Positions 36,076-45,548 are shown, counted from the first letter of the stretch. The stretch: DNA of 64,000 nucleotides from Parcubacteria group bacterium (GCA_041661275.1 JBAZUU010000004.1:71480-135479), one strand, 5' to 3'. Translations and numbers: made by a program. The notes: generated by a model from the letters alone, not told the origin.

Positions 36076-36948
36076 ATGAAAAAAAATAATAGGAAAATAA
36101 AAATACTCAAACTATCAGTGGCAGTTGTCATAATGTTTTCATATTTGTCATATCCTGCCCTGGCTAAAGAAATAAATATTGCTAATGTTTTAGAGTTGGT
36201 GAATGAAGCTCGACAAAAAAATGGCGTAGCCACCTTGGATGAAAATCAAAAATTGGACAAGATCGCGGCGGACAAATTGGAAGACATGGTGAAGAATAAT
36301 TATTTTGCCCACACGTCTCCCAAGGGAGTCAATCCGTGGTTCTGGTATGAAAAAAATAGTTATGACTATAAGTACGCGGGAGAAAATCTGGCTATCAATT
36401 TTATGCGCGCCGAAGATCAGCAGGACGCCTGGATGAAAAGTCCGACTCACCGAAAAAATATTTTGAATCCCAACTATCAGGAAATTGGAGTTGCGGTCGG
36501 AGCGGGGGAGGTCAATGGACAGTTGGGAATAATTGCCGTTCAGGAATTTGGAACCTTGGCCAGCGCCGCCGGAGACGTTTCAAAAGAAGGGGAAAACTTT
36601 TCCGCGCACAAGGATGAGGGATTGGTCAAGGACGGCGTGAAGATAACCCCGCAAGTTTTGTCGGTGAAAGACTTTACCGAAGAGAAATTGAAAAATGAAA
36701 TTCCAGGAACCAAAAGCAATTCCAGTTGGACGAGAAATATATTGGACAAGTTCAACGCCAATAGTCCTGCTATGTATAACTACATGAGCCTTCTCGCCGT
36801 CTTCTTAATGCTTGCTTCAATCGTTCTGGCCTCAGCTTCATTTCTCACAGTAGCCGCGCATGAGATTATGATTTGCGATGAGTTGCGTCGAAAAGTGTAT
36901 GCCGACCACGAAGTATTAATAAAACATGACCGGATTTTGATATCGTAG
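36076..36948 (+). CDS. CAP/SCP/PR-1-domain secreted protein with N-terminal signal/TM and C-terminal TM segment
   Basis: VNEARQKNGVATLDENQKLDKIAADKLEDMVKNNYFAHTSP...GENLAINF...WMKSPTHRKNILNPNYQEIGVAV matches PF00188. Confidence 0.75.
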   Translation: MKKNNRKIKILKLSVAVVIMFSYLSYPALAKEINIANVLELVNEARQKNGVATLDENQKLDKIAADKLEDMVKNNYFAHTSPKGVNPWFWYEKNSYDYKYAGENLAINFMRAEDQQDAWMKSPTHRKNILNPNYQEIGVAVGAGEVNGQLGIIAVQEFGTLASAAGDVSKEGENFSAHKDEGLVKDGVKITPQVLSVKDFTEEKLKNEIPGTKSNSSWTRNILDKFNANSPAMYNYMSLLAVFLMLASIVLASASFLTVAAHEIMICDELRRKVYADHEVLIKHDRILIS

Positions 36949-37283
36949 TATGCGAATGGCCCACTACGAAAGGGCACATGCGAATACATATCGTGATAGG
37001 GGGTTGACTTGTGGAATCTAGCTTATGTTAGATTTCACAATCAAAACAAACACAAAAAAATAACAAAAAAGTCTTCGACGAAAGTTGACAGACTATCTGC
37101 CTCATCGGCAGACTCGCCGGAGAGGCGAGAAAACAAAAAATAAAAGACAAGAGTCCTTGTCTTATCTCAAATGAAATTGAGAACCCTATCAAAACTCCCG
37201 ACTTGTTCGGGATTTTTGATTGGGAAAAATATTATAAAAAACAAACCCCCATTCGCCAAGAAGCGAACGGGGGGGGGGTGGGT

Positions 37284-38075
37284 TCAGAGCGGCTCCAGCA
37301 TCTCCAATAATGCTTGGACTGCCGGTTCGTCCGAGCGCGGAAGGGCAAAGTATATCGCTTCGCCCTTGAATATTTTTACCGCGAGGGAATACGTTACTAC
37401 CTTTCCCTCAAGAAATTTTCTATCCTCCTTATCCCACTGGAGAGGGATAAAGCATTTTTTGATAACCGGGGATTTTTTGTTAAAGGTCCACAGTATCATA
37501 TCCCCAGTATCTTCAAAGAGAATAACTGCGCGTCTTTCGCGGTCGTCGTAGCTATCCTGTGTTTGAGCAAGAATCGGTGTCGCCAGGAAAAGAAAGCAGA
37601 TGAGAACAGTAAGTTTTGTTACAACCCTTTGCGAAAGTCGCAAGACGTTGCAATTCTCTTTTGCTTCCGCTTCCTCCAGAGTACGATTTTCCTCGTCCAT
37701 TTTTCGGCCGAAAGTTTCAAAGTCCTGGAGCTCGTAGATACCTACGGGATCACTTTCTTTTTTTCGGTTACTGAAATAGATCGAAAGGGAAATTGCGGTG
37801 AGAACCATCAGTGTGAGCAGGACATTTGGCAGTATGGATATTAGCTTATTCACTGCCAATTTTAATGCCAAACCGATAGGCTCGAAAGCGTTAATGAAAT
37901 CGCTGACGACCTGTTTTTCAACAGGCATTGTTGATATTTCAGTTCCTGTTGCATGAACCACCCATGGAAGAATTAAAAAAAGCAGGCCAACCAGTGTTAC
38001 AAAAATTATGATTTTCACCCAGTAGGGCACAAAATAACACTTAAGTTCTCCATTCTTGGAAATTAATGTGATCAT
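37284..38075 (-). CDS. Hypothetical membrane protein (263 aa, three or more TM segments)
   Basis: Clean ORF followed on the minus strand by an intrinsic terminator (ccccgttcgc ttcttg gcgaatgggg + U-run) that includes the G10 tract at 37271-37283. Confidence 0.5.
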   Translation of the reverse strand: MITLISKNGELKCYFVPYWVKIIIFVTLVGLLFLILPWVVHATGTEISTMPVEKQVVSDFINAFEPIGLALKLAVNKLISILPNVLLTLMVLTAISLSIYFSNRKKESDPVGIYELQDFETFGRKMDEENRTLEEAEAKENCNVLRLSQRVVTKLTVLICFLFLATPILAQTQDSYDDRERRAVILFEDTGDMILWTFNKKSPVIKKCFIPLQWDKEDRKFLEGKVVTYSLAVKIFKGEAIYFALPRSDEPAVQALLEMLEPL

Positions 38076-38357
38076 TTCATCCCTCCTTTTGATGAAAAGT
38101 AATGATTGGTTTCAAATAATTCATCCCACCCCTCTTTCAATCTTTTTTGCAAAAAAACTGAAAGAGAGGCAGGTTTTGAGTTGTTAACGAACCATGTTCT
38201 TAATATAACACATTAGCACAGTTTATGCTTCCAGTCAACAAGCAGATATAAAACTTGGATTAAACCACAAATCTTGGCTTTGTCTAGCCAAATTGCCAAT
38301 TTAGAGTTTTTTACTATTGTGTGCTATAATAATTAAATAATAAATAACAAATAAAAA

Positions 38358-39404
38358 ATGAAAAAAATCGTAGTGTCTGGTCTTGCTCTGGTGTTTCTTT
38401 TGGGCGCGTCGGGTGCGGCAGCGGGAGTAGAAAAAAATGGAATAGATTTTTCCAGGCCTATCAAAGTTGATGACCTGAAAATCGAAAAGAAGTTGATTCT
38501 TTCCAAAGAGCAACGAGCTTTAGGAGAAAAAGGTTCAAAAGGCAAGCCTACTCCACCGCCGGTGACAGTTGAAGGAGCGACCGGAGTTTTGGGAACGCCT
38601 CTGGCGCTGGGCGCCAAAAAATATGCCATTTTGGTCGGACTGAGCAATTATGCGGGAACCGCTAATGATTTATGCATCGATTCTCTAAAAACAACAGCCA
38701 ACTACCCAAATAGTTTATGCGCTGATGCCGATGCGGCTAATATGGAACTGACACTGAAAGATAAATATGGATATAATGATACAAATTCGACTATCTGGCG
38801 TTTCAGTGATGCTGATGCCAATTTTGCTGCGATCCAATCAGCCAAAGATTATATTTTAGCCAATGCCAAAGCTGGAGACGAAGTAGTTTTCTTTTTCAGC
38901 GGACATTCAGCCACTTCCAACAGAAATCTTTTCAAAAATGGCGACCGGTTGAATGTAGGTCTGGCTCTGTATAATCTGCCATATGATTCGCGAGAAGTCA
39001 TTTGGGACGGCTATCTCCAGAATTGGTTTGGCAGTTTAGCCACTAATCGCATTGTGTTTATTTTTGACACTTGCCATGCCGGTGGGCTGGCCAGTTATCT
39101 GCAAGGAACCGGTCGGGAAGTGGTGATGTCCAGCGCCGAAAATCAGTATTCCTATACATATTATTTGGGAGGGGAAAGCAATATGCTTGGAGAAGGATCG
39201 TTTGCTCACTTTTTTAACGTAGATGGGATGTATAATGGCTTGGCAGATGGTTATAACATGTTTGCGCCTAACGGAATTGACGGTAAAGTTGCGGTGGAAG
39301 AAGCCTATAGCTATGCTAAAAAATTCGTGCCCATCGATACTTCCAATCATCAGATTCCTGCGCTCAATGACAAGTTTACTGATGATTTAATGCTTGGTTA
39401 TTAA
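38358..39404 (+). CDS. Secreted caspase-family (peptidase C14, orthocaspase-like) protein
   Basis: Signal peptide. YAILVGLSNYAG ... GDEVVFFFSGHS (catalytic His) ... IVFIFDTCHAGG (catalytic Cys). Confidence 0.7.
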   Translation: MKKIVVSGLALVFLLGASGAAAGVEKNGIDFSRPIKVDDLKIEKKLILSKEQRALGEKGSKGKPTPPPVTVEGATGVLGTPLALGAKKYAILVGLSNYAGTANDLCIDSLKTTANYPNSLCADADAANMELTLKDKYGYNDTNSTIWRFSDADANFAAIQSAKDYILANAKAGDEVVFFFSGHSATSNRNLFKNGDRLNVGLALYNLPYDSREVIWDGYLQNWFGSLATNRIVFIFDTCHAGGLASYLQGTGREVVMSSAENQYSYTYYLGGESNMLGEGSFAHFFNVDGMYNGLADGYNMFAPNGIDGKVAVEEAYSYAKKFVPIDTSNHQIPALNDKFTDDLMLGY

Positions 39405-39515
39405 GAAAATAAAGTGGGAAGGGATAAAGGTCGAGGGTGTTAGTAACTGTTCAACATCTTTTCTTTGATATATACTTCTTTGCAGAGCTTTGTTAAAACA
39501 AAAAAACACAAAACT

Positions 39516-39851
39516 ATGCAAAGAAAAATGTATCCAAGCGATGTCACTCGCGAGCAATTTGAAAAAATCAGACCGATTCTCGATACGGCCTGCAAGAAAA
39601 CAAGGCCGAGAACCATCGACCAGTATGACGTGTTCTGCGCCCTGCTGTACCTGCTGAAATCCGGCTGCCAATGGCGAATGTTGCCATCGGATTTTCCCAA
39701 ATGGCGCACCGTCCATCATTACTTTTCTCTCTGGAGCCGGAAGGAAAACAAAAACACCCCCAGCGTATTGGAGGAGGTCTTAAAAAAAATTGGTCAGCGA
39801 CGAACGCTTGAGAAATGGGAGATTATGCAAAACGAGCTTGGGTATCGTTGA
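39516..39851 (+). CDS. IS5-family transposase OrfA (DUF4096 N-terminal domain)
   Basis: YDVFCALLYLLKSGCQWRMLPSDFPKWRTVHHYF is the hallmark of IS5/IS427 OrfA. Confidence 0.8.
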   Translation: MQRKMYPSDVTREQFEKIRPILDTACKKTRPRTIDQYDVFCALLYLLKSGCQWRMLPSDFPKWRTVHHYFSLWSRKENKNTPSVLEEVLKKIGQRRTLEKWEIMQNELGYR

Positions 39852-40311
39852 TGCCCAAAGCGTGAAAAATACTGAATCAGCGAGACAGAAAGGCTATGAC
39901 GCAGGCAAAAAAGTATCCGGTATTAAGCGGCATATTGTCGTGGACACCAATGGATTACCGCACGCAGTTACCATTACGACAGCTGATGTGACTGACAGAG
40001 ATGGAGCCATTAAGGCTTTTGAGACAAACAAAAAACACCTGTCGAAGGTGAAGAAAATACTGGCCGACGGCGGTTACACAGGCAAACCGTTTGCCGAAAA
40101 AGTGAAGAAGATTTTGAAAGCGGAAACAGAAATTGCTAAAAGAAATGAATTGCATACATTCAAAGTTATTCCGAAAAGATGGGTGGTGGAAAGAAGTTTC
40201 TCTTGGTTGGAAAAATGTCGGAGATTATGGAAAAATTGCGAAAGAAAACTTAATTCAAGTTTACAAATGATGGTTCTGTGTTTCGTGAGAGTTTTGTTGA
40301 AAAGATGTTGA
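39790..40311 (+). CDS. IS5-family transposase OrfB (DDE domain), expressed by programmed frameshift from OrfA
   Basis: GIVDAQSVKNTESA...GIKRHIVVDTNGLPHAV...ADGGYTG...VVERSFSWLEKCRRL is the DDE_Tnp_1 signature. Confidence 0.8.
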   Translation: MVSDERLRNGRLCKTSLGIVDAQSVKNTESARQKGYDAGKKVSGIKRHIVVDTNGLPHAVTITTADVTDRDGAIKAFETNKKHLSKVKKILADGGYTGKPFAEKVKKILKAETEIAKRNELHTFKVIPKRWVVERSFSWLEKCRRLWKNCERKLNSSLQMMVLCFVRVLLKRC

Positions 40312-40370
40312 ACAGTTACTTAGGCTACCCAAAATGCCTGAACTAATTAATAATTACTAGAATAATATAC

Positions 40371-40871
40371 ATGAAAAAAATACTTATTGGAGGAAGTCTT
40401 GGTATTTTCGCATTTTTTGCCTTCTTTGCAATGCCGGCTTTTGCGGCAGGCAGATTTGACCAATATGGCTATAATGATACTGCCAGAATTTTTAACGGCA
40501 CAGGAGAGTCCTGGTCTTTGGCAAAAGGATTGCCTGCTGATTATCTTGGAGCGTATGCCAAAGATAAACTAGTTATGAAATGGAACGCTGAATGGGATAG
40601 GGGAAATGCAGAGGGCTGGTCCAAGGGACCATACAATGCCTGGGAGAATAATGAATGGAATGGAAAAGTGAAAGGTGGTTCCGGCGCTGTTTGGCATTAT
40701 AAAATAGTCTGGGTCGGCGATTATGTTGCAAATCCAAGCCTGATACCTGATGGAGCATACGGAATATGGGGACAATTCGCGACTATTATGGATCAGGGGC
40801 ATGACCCAAGTTATGGGCCGGGACATTTTTGGTTCGCACATGCCAGTCCAACCGGGTACGGGGCTTACTAA
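40371..40871 (+). CDS. Secreted Trp/Gly-rich hypothetical protein (166 aa)
   Basis: Signal peptide MKKILIGGSLGIFAFFAFFAMPAFA. The upstream region is paralogous to that of 41398. Confidence 0.5.
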   Translation: MKKILIGGSLGIFAFFAFFAMPAFAAGRFDQYGYNDTARIFNGTGESWSLAKGLPADYLGAYAKDKLVMKWNAEWDRGNAEGWSKGPYNAWENNEWNGKVKGGSGAVWHYKIVWVGDYVANPSLIPDGAYGIWGQFATIMDQGHDPSYGPGHFWFAHASPTGYGAY

Positions 40872-41397
40872 GAGTCAGAAACTTTAAAAAACAACCCAGT
40901 ATTTTGAGGGGTTGTTTTTTTATGTCATAATATTTGGCTTTGTCAAGCCAAAATGTGGATAACTTTCCTTGCATTTTTTTTGCCGGCTGATAGAATAAAA
41001 AAGCAGATGAGGGAAAATAAAATATTTTTCAAAAAGGAAAAAAGATAAAAGGAGGGAAAAGGGGTTAAATCGTAAAATACAGTTGAATAATAGATATGGA
41101 TATATTCTTGATGAAAAGGATATTTTTATTTAAGAAGGCCAGCCGGCGTTCATTATTTGTTTAGTGAATAGCGGTTGGCTTTTTTTGTTGTTCTCTACGA
41201 ATTACGAATTTTAAAGAGCAAAATTTAATTCCTCCGATCGGAGGAGCCCAAAGAGGAGGAGGGTTTAAATTTTTTTAAAGCCAACCCCGGTTGAATAGTC
41301 CGCTTCGCGGAATTCAACGGGGCAAGTAATGGTCGAGGGTGTCAGGCCGCCCAGAGCGTCTGGAAATTAATTAGTAATTAACTAGAATAAATAAACT

Positions 41398-42000
41398 ATG
41401 AAAAAAATTATATTAAGCTTAGCGGCCATTGTTGCTGTCGGAGCTGTGGCAGGATATGGATCTTATGCTCTGTGGAGTGATACTGAAACCAGTACTGGAA
41501 ACAGTATTACAGCTGACAAGTTGGATTTGGTATTAGCAAGTGTCCCCCTGACTATTGCTAATGTTCATCCCGGGCAAACAGGAAGCAGTGCTGCTATGAC
41601 AGCTAAAAATGATAGCAATACTGTCAATGGAACCTTGACTTATACAGTCACTGGATTAGTTGATAATGAAAATGGTTGCGTGGAGCCAGAATCTAACCCA
41701 GCAGAAGGAAATGACCTTACTTGTGGTACGCCCGGAGCGGGGCTAGGAGAACTTTCGGGTCACGTAAAGGTAGGTTTTATTGCTGATTTAAACGGAGATG
41801 GCACATATGAAACTACTATTCCCGAGGCGTATCTGAATACTCTTAGCGGTACTACTACCATAGGAACTGTGGCCGCTGGCGTTACTGCCAGTGTTCAAAT
41901 GACATATACCGTAGATAATTCAGTTACTCCTTTTGCAGACAATATCTTTATGACTGACAGCTCTACATTTGATGTTAATTTCAACTTAACTCAGATATAG
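41398..42000 (+). CDS. TasA/camelysin-like protein with SipW-cognate class signal peptide
   Basis: N-terminus ...GYGSYALWSDTETSTGNSITADKLDL matches the TIGR04088 pattern (xYAxFSDxExSxxNxFxAxxLDL). ~200 aa. Immediately upstream of sipW. Confidence 0.6.
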   Translation: MKKIILSLAAIVAVGAVAGYGSYALWSDTETSTGNSITADKLDLVLASVPLTIANVHPGQTGSSAAMTAKNDSNTVNGTLTYTVTGLVDNENGCVEPESNPAEGNDLTCGTPGAGLGELSGHVKVGFIADLNGDGTYETTIPEAYLNTLSGTTTIGTVAAGVTASVQMTYTVDNSVTPFADNIFMTDSSTFDVNFNLTQI

Positions 42001-42097
42001 TCCTGGTTATTTTTGACGCGGGAAGATTTTCTCGCGTCTGCTTGGGAAACTCAATGACGACTGTGGGTCGGTTTGGGTTTTCAAAGCGGACTAAATT

Positions 42098-42625
42098 ATG
42101 AAAAAAGCGTACTATATCACCCAAAACATATTTGTCACTCTGGCCATTGCCATTGTCCTGTTTCTTTTGGCTGCCAGATTTTTGCCAAAATTCCATTACG
42201 GGCTATATATTATCCAGTCCGGATCGATGCAGCCGACTTTGAAAACAGGAAGTATCGTAGTCGACAAAAAGCAGGCGGATTATCAAAAAGGCGAAATCAT
42301 TACTTTTGCCCGAAGCAAAAAAGAGATCATCACCCACAGAATCACAGAAGTGACAGGCGAAGGAGAAAATATATTATACAAAACCAAGGGCGATGCCAAT
42401 AATACGGATGATTTGTTCCTGGCCAGGAAAAATTTGGTTTTGGGAAAAGTAATATTCGCGGTTCCGTATTTCGGATATATTATCGCTTTTGTCAAAACGA
42501 AAACAGGACTGGTTCTGCTAATTATCATTCCAGCCCTTTGGTTTATAGTAGAAGAGGCGTTGAAAGTCAAAAAAACAATCAGAGAGAAAAAAAATAAAAC
42601 TAAAGGTAATGAACAGGAGGAATAA
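42098..42625 (+). CDS. sipW: Signal peptidase I, SipW (archaeal/ER) type
   Basis: IQSGSMQPTL (catalytic Ser), ITHRITEV (catalytic His region), KTKGDANNTDD and the C-terminal TM helix are collinear with B. subtilis SipW. Confidence 0.75.
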   Translation: MKKAYYITQNIFVTLAIAIVLFLLAARFLPKFHYGLYIIQSGSMQPTLKTGSIVVDKKQADYQKGEIITFARSKKEIITHRITEVTGEGENILYKTKGDANNTDDLFLARKNLVLGKVIFAVPYFGYIIAFVKTKTGLVLLIIIPALWFIVEEALKVKKTIREKKNKTKGNEQEE

Positions 42626-44552
42626 AAAAAATAAATATGCGGAATTAATAACGGTTGTTTGCGCGATGTTGTTGGCTGTTGTTTCTCCTGTTTTTGTTTA
42701 TGCTGACTATCAGGATAACGAAACGACTAGTGGCAATTCTTTTTCCGCTTCCAGCTTGAATGCGGAAGTTTCTTCCACTCAATCGGGACTGGAAGTGGCT
42801 TTGACGGCTGCTGGAATGGTTCCGGGAGACAGCGTCAGCCGGGACGCCAATATTGATAATGTCGGAGGTGAAAATTTCAAATATAAAGTGGAATTTGAAA
42901 AAGTGAGCGGAAGCGACGCTCTTTGCGACGCGCTCCAACTGGAAGCAAAACAGGGCGGCGCGACGGTATATAATGACGATCTCCTTGATTTTACTGTGAG
43001 CGGCGGGACTTTGAATTCAGGAAATGATGACGATTGGGATTTTACTGTTACCTTGCCGACAGGGTCGCCCAATAGTTTGGAGGGATTGAGTTGCAATTTT
43101 AAGTTCGTCTTTACCGCCTGGCAGACAGATTTTGCGAATCCAACCGCGGGCTGGGTGGACGAAGAAGAACTCGATGGCAACAATATCACGACTGGTGATT
43201 GGGATCCGGTGATAACGGGCGTAGCAAATACTAATCCGCTGGATACCAAAGGCCAGACCAACGATGAGATGGCTAAAGTTAGTGTTTCCTGGAGCACCAG
43301 CGAAAACACCACTTCCAACGTGGTTTATGACACAGTCACTCGCGCGGATTGCACCGGATACGCGAACCATAATACTCCTGTTGACGCAGTGGCTGACAAT
43401 ACTAACCATGAAGTGACACTTAAAAATCTTTTGGCCGGCACTACATATCATTATCGCGCCGTGAGCCGCGACGTGGGCGGAAATCAGGTTTGCTCCAGTG
43501 AATATTCATTCACCATCCCTGCTTCCACGACAGATATTCCGTCATCAGACATAGTTCTCAATGAATTTGTGCCCCATCCTTCTGGTTCGGAAAGTGGCGA
43601 ATGGGTGGAATTATATAACAAAAGCGGATCGGATGTCGGAGTCAATGGCTGGTATATTTATGATTCTACGGATTCCGGTGGCGTAATGATAAGTTCGGCC
43701 AATACTGATACGGGCGGAACGACTGTTTCAGCCGGTGGTTATCTCGTTGTTTATCTCAATAAATCCTATCTTAATAATAGTGGTGGCGATACCGTGAAAC
43801 TGTATAGCGGCTTATTCGGTGTCGGAACATTGATTGACAGCCACAGCTATACCGGAACAATTCCCGAAGGCAAATCTTTTGCCAGGTTTCCTGATGGTGT
43901 CGGGGTTTGGATAGATCCGGATGTAACGCCTGGAGAAAAAAATGAATTGAAGCCGGAAGAAAAAGAGGCGTTTCTGACGCAAACAGCAAACGCTTGCTTT
44001 GACGGTAAAATGCGAAAAGAAAGCAAGGAAAATATCTGCCAGGGAGAATTTTTGAAATATCTGGGGATGGTAAACAAGAAAAAAGACATTGAAATGACCG
44101 ATGCAATGTGGGAAAAAATGAAAACCGTCAGCCCGGCAGTGGAAACAATGAAGGAAAAAGAAGCTACAGATGTGAAAACAGAACCCGCCTCGACTCGCGA
44201 AGACGCTACGTCGACGCGAGGCGGGAAAACAACGCCGGCAGGTGGAAAAGCGGATATAAAAAAAGAAGAGGTAGCCGCTCCCTTGGAAGAAAAGGATAAA
44301 AAAGTGGAAGATGCGCCTGCTGTTGAGGTTGCTCCGGCGCCGAAAGAGGAAATAAAACCGGAAGAAAAAACTATTCCGGAAGAAAAGAAAGTGGAAGTGA
44401 AGGAAGTGCCAAAGGAAGATCCTAAAGTCGAAGAAAAGCCTAAAGAAGAACCTAAAATCGAGGAAAAACCCAAAGAAGAAGCGCCAAAAGTGGACGCTGT
44501 TGTTTCGGAAGTTTTTGATTATTTTAAAATAAATTATATTAATTTATGTTAG
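42609..44552 (+). CDS. Large SipW-cognate-signal surface protein with Fn3-like and lamin-tail (LTD) domains and a K/E/P-rich repetitive tail
   Basis: N-terminus VYADYQDNETTSGNSFSASSLNAEV. Fn3-like block KVSVSWSTSENTTSNVVYDT...TTYHYRAVSRD. LTD block LNEFVPHPSGSESGEWVELYNKSGSDVGVNGWYIYD...GGYLVVY. Tail PKEEPKIEEKPKEE... Confidence 0.6.
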   Translation: MNRRNKKNKYAELITVVCAMLLAVVSPVFVYADYQDNETTSGNSFSASSLNAEVSSTQSGLEVALTAAGMVPGDSVSRDANIDNVGGENFKYKVEFEKVSGSDALCDALQLEAKQGGATVYNDDLLDFTVSGGTLNSGNDDDWDFTVTLPTGSPNSLEGLSCNFKFVFTAWQTDFANPTAGWVDEEELDGNNITTGDWDPVITGVANTNPLDTKGQTNDEMAKVSVSWSTSENTTSNVVYDTVTRADCTGYANHNTPVDAVADNTNHEVTLKNLLAGTTYHYRAVSRDVGGNQVCSSEYSFTIPASTTDIPSSDIVLNEFVPHPSGSESGEWVELYNKSGSDVGVNGWYIYDSTDSGGVMISSANTDTGGTTVSAGGYLVVYLNKSYLNNSGGDTVKLYSGLFGVGTLIDSHSYTGTIPEGKSFARFPDGVGVWIDPDVTPGEKNELKPEEKEAFLTQTANACFDGKMRKESKENICQGEFLKYLGMVNKKKDIEMTDAMWEKMKTVSPAVETMKEKEATDVKTEPASTREDATSTRGGKTTPAGGKADIKKEEVAAPLEEKDKKVEDAPAVEVAPAPKEEIKPEEKTIPEEKKVEVKEVPKEDPKVEEKPKEEPKIEEKPKEEAPKVDAVVSEVFDYFKINYINLC

Positions 44553-45448
44553 GTAGAAAAATAAAAATCATCACATACGCTTTTTTCTTCTCGATTCTTT
44601 TTGGCTTTGCAGGGGCGGCTCAAGCGGCGGTTTCTCTCGATGTCAGCGGAGTGCATGACCATATGTTCAGTGAAGACAATATATATCCGGGATGGACCGA
44701 TAGCCATACGGTGAATGTCAAGAATACCAGTGATGGTTCTGAAGTGATTGATGTTTACGCCACTTTTGATATTACTGATAATTCCGATCTAACCAAAAAA
44801 ATTCATTTGTATGTCATAAGAGAGGCTGACAATAAATATATGCTGGGCGGAGTCGGTGACAGAATAACTTTGGATGAAGCGGATGGTGACAGGATATTTA
44901 TCGATCGATTGGACGCGGGAGAATCGGAAGATTATAAAATAAAACTTCGTTTCGATTCTGACGCCGGCAATGAATATCAGGAGCTTAGTTCTGATTTTGA
45001 CATAGATTTAGGGTTTGAATCAGATGAAGTTCCGGGCGGAGGAACGCCCTTGCCAAAAGTTGTTTCTGGTGAGAAGCCCCCGGAAGAAGTGGCCGGAGTT
45101 TCTACGCCGGAAGAAGGCGCTGAAAATCAGGGGGCGCAATTGGGAGCAGAAACAACTTGTCAGAGCTGGCCGCAATGGATATGGATAGTCGCCATCTTGG
45201 CTTATGCCTTGATACTTCTGAAATACTTGCAGAATAATTATAAAGCCGAAAAAATGGTTTGGAAATTCGGTCTCGTCTGGACTGTTGCGGCTGTCACTTT
45301 CTGGTATTTTAGGGACAAATGTCGGGAATATCAGTGGTTTTTGTATGGTTCAATAATAATTGCTGTTGCTAGCTATTTTATTTATCTCTGGATGCTGAAA
45401 AAGAAAGTGAAAAGCGGAACTTTGCCGGTTGATCATACGCAGGAATAA
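44546..45448 (+). CDS. Secreted beta-rich protein with C-terminal triple-TM anchor (possible second TasA-like/anchor component)
   Basis: Signal peptide followed by a ~180-aa acidic beta-rich domain, then three TM helices. The start overlaps the end of the preceding gene. Confidence 0.45.
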   Translation: MLGRKIKIITYAFFFSILFGFAGAAQAAVSLDVSGVHDHMFSEDNIYPGWTDSHTVNVKNTSDGSEVIDVYATFDITDNSDLTKKIHLYVIREADNKYMLGGVGDRITLDEADGDRIFIDRLDAGESEDYKIKLRFDSDAGNEYQELSSDFDIDLGFESDEVPGGGTPLPKVVSGEKPPEEVAGVSTPEEGAENQGAQLGAETTCQSWPQWIWIVAILAYALILLKYLQNNYKAEKMVWKFGLVWTVAAVTFWYFRDKCREYQWFLYGSIIIAVASYFIYLWMLKKKVKSGTLPVDHTQE

Positions 45449-45548
45449 AGATTGACTTAAAACTGTATAAGGTATAAAATGCCAATCACTCGAGATTGGC
45501 ATTTTTGATTGGAGTGAACCGTTCTTTGAACACAAAGGGGATATAATC

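Larger units (their letters stand above)
39442..40319 (+). mobile_element. IS5-family (IS427-group-like) insertion sequence, apparently intact, with 3-bp TTA target-site duplication
   Basis: Terminal inverted repeats gtaactgttcaacatcttttc (39442-39462) and gaaaagatgttgaacagttac (40299-40319). TTA at 39439-39441 and at 40320-40322. Two overlapping transposase ORFs with an A8 slippery run at ~39781-39788. Confidence 0.85.

Noticed and set aside
37271-37283. G10 homopolymer tract as a possible phase-variation switch
   Set aside because: The tract lies just after the stop codon of the minus-strand gene 37284..38075. It forms the stem of that gene's intrinsic terminator (ccccgttcgc/gcgaatgggg + U-run on the minus strand). 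It is not inside a CDS or promoter spacer.
43847-44473. 208-aa Ser/Gly/Phe-rich minus-strand ORF
   Set aside because: Antisense to the K/E/P-rich repeat tail of the 647-aa adhesin. It is a reverse-complement artefact of that low-complexity region.
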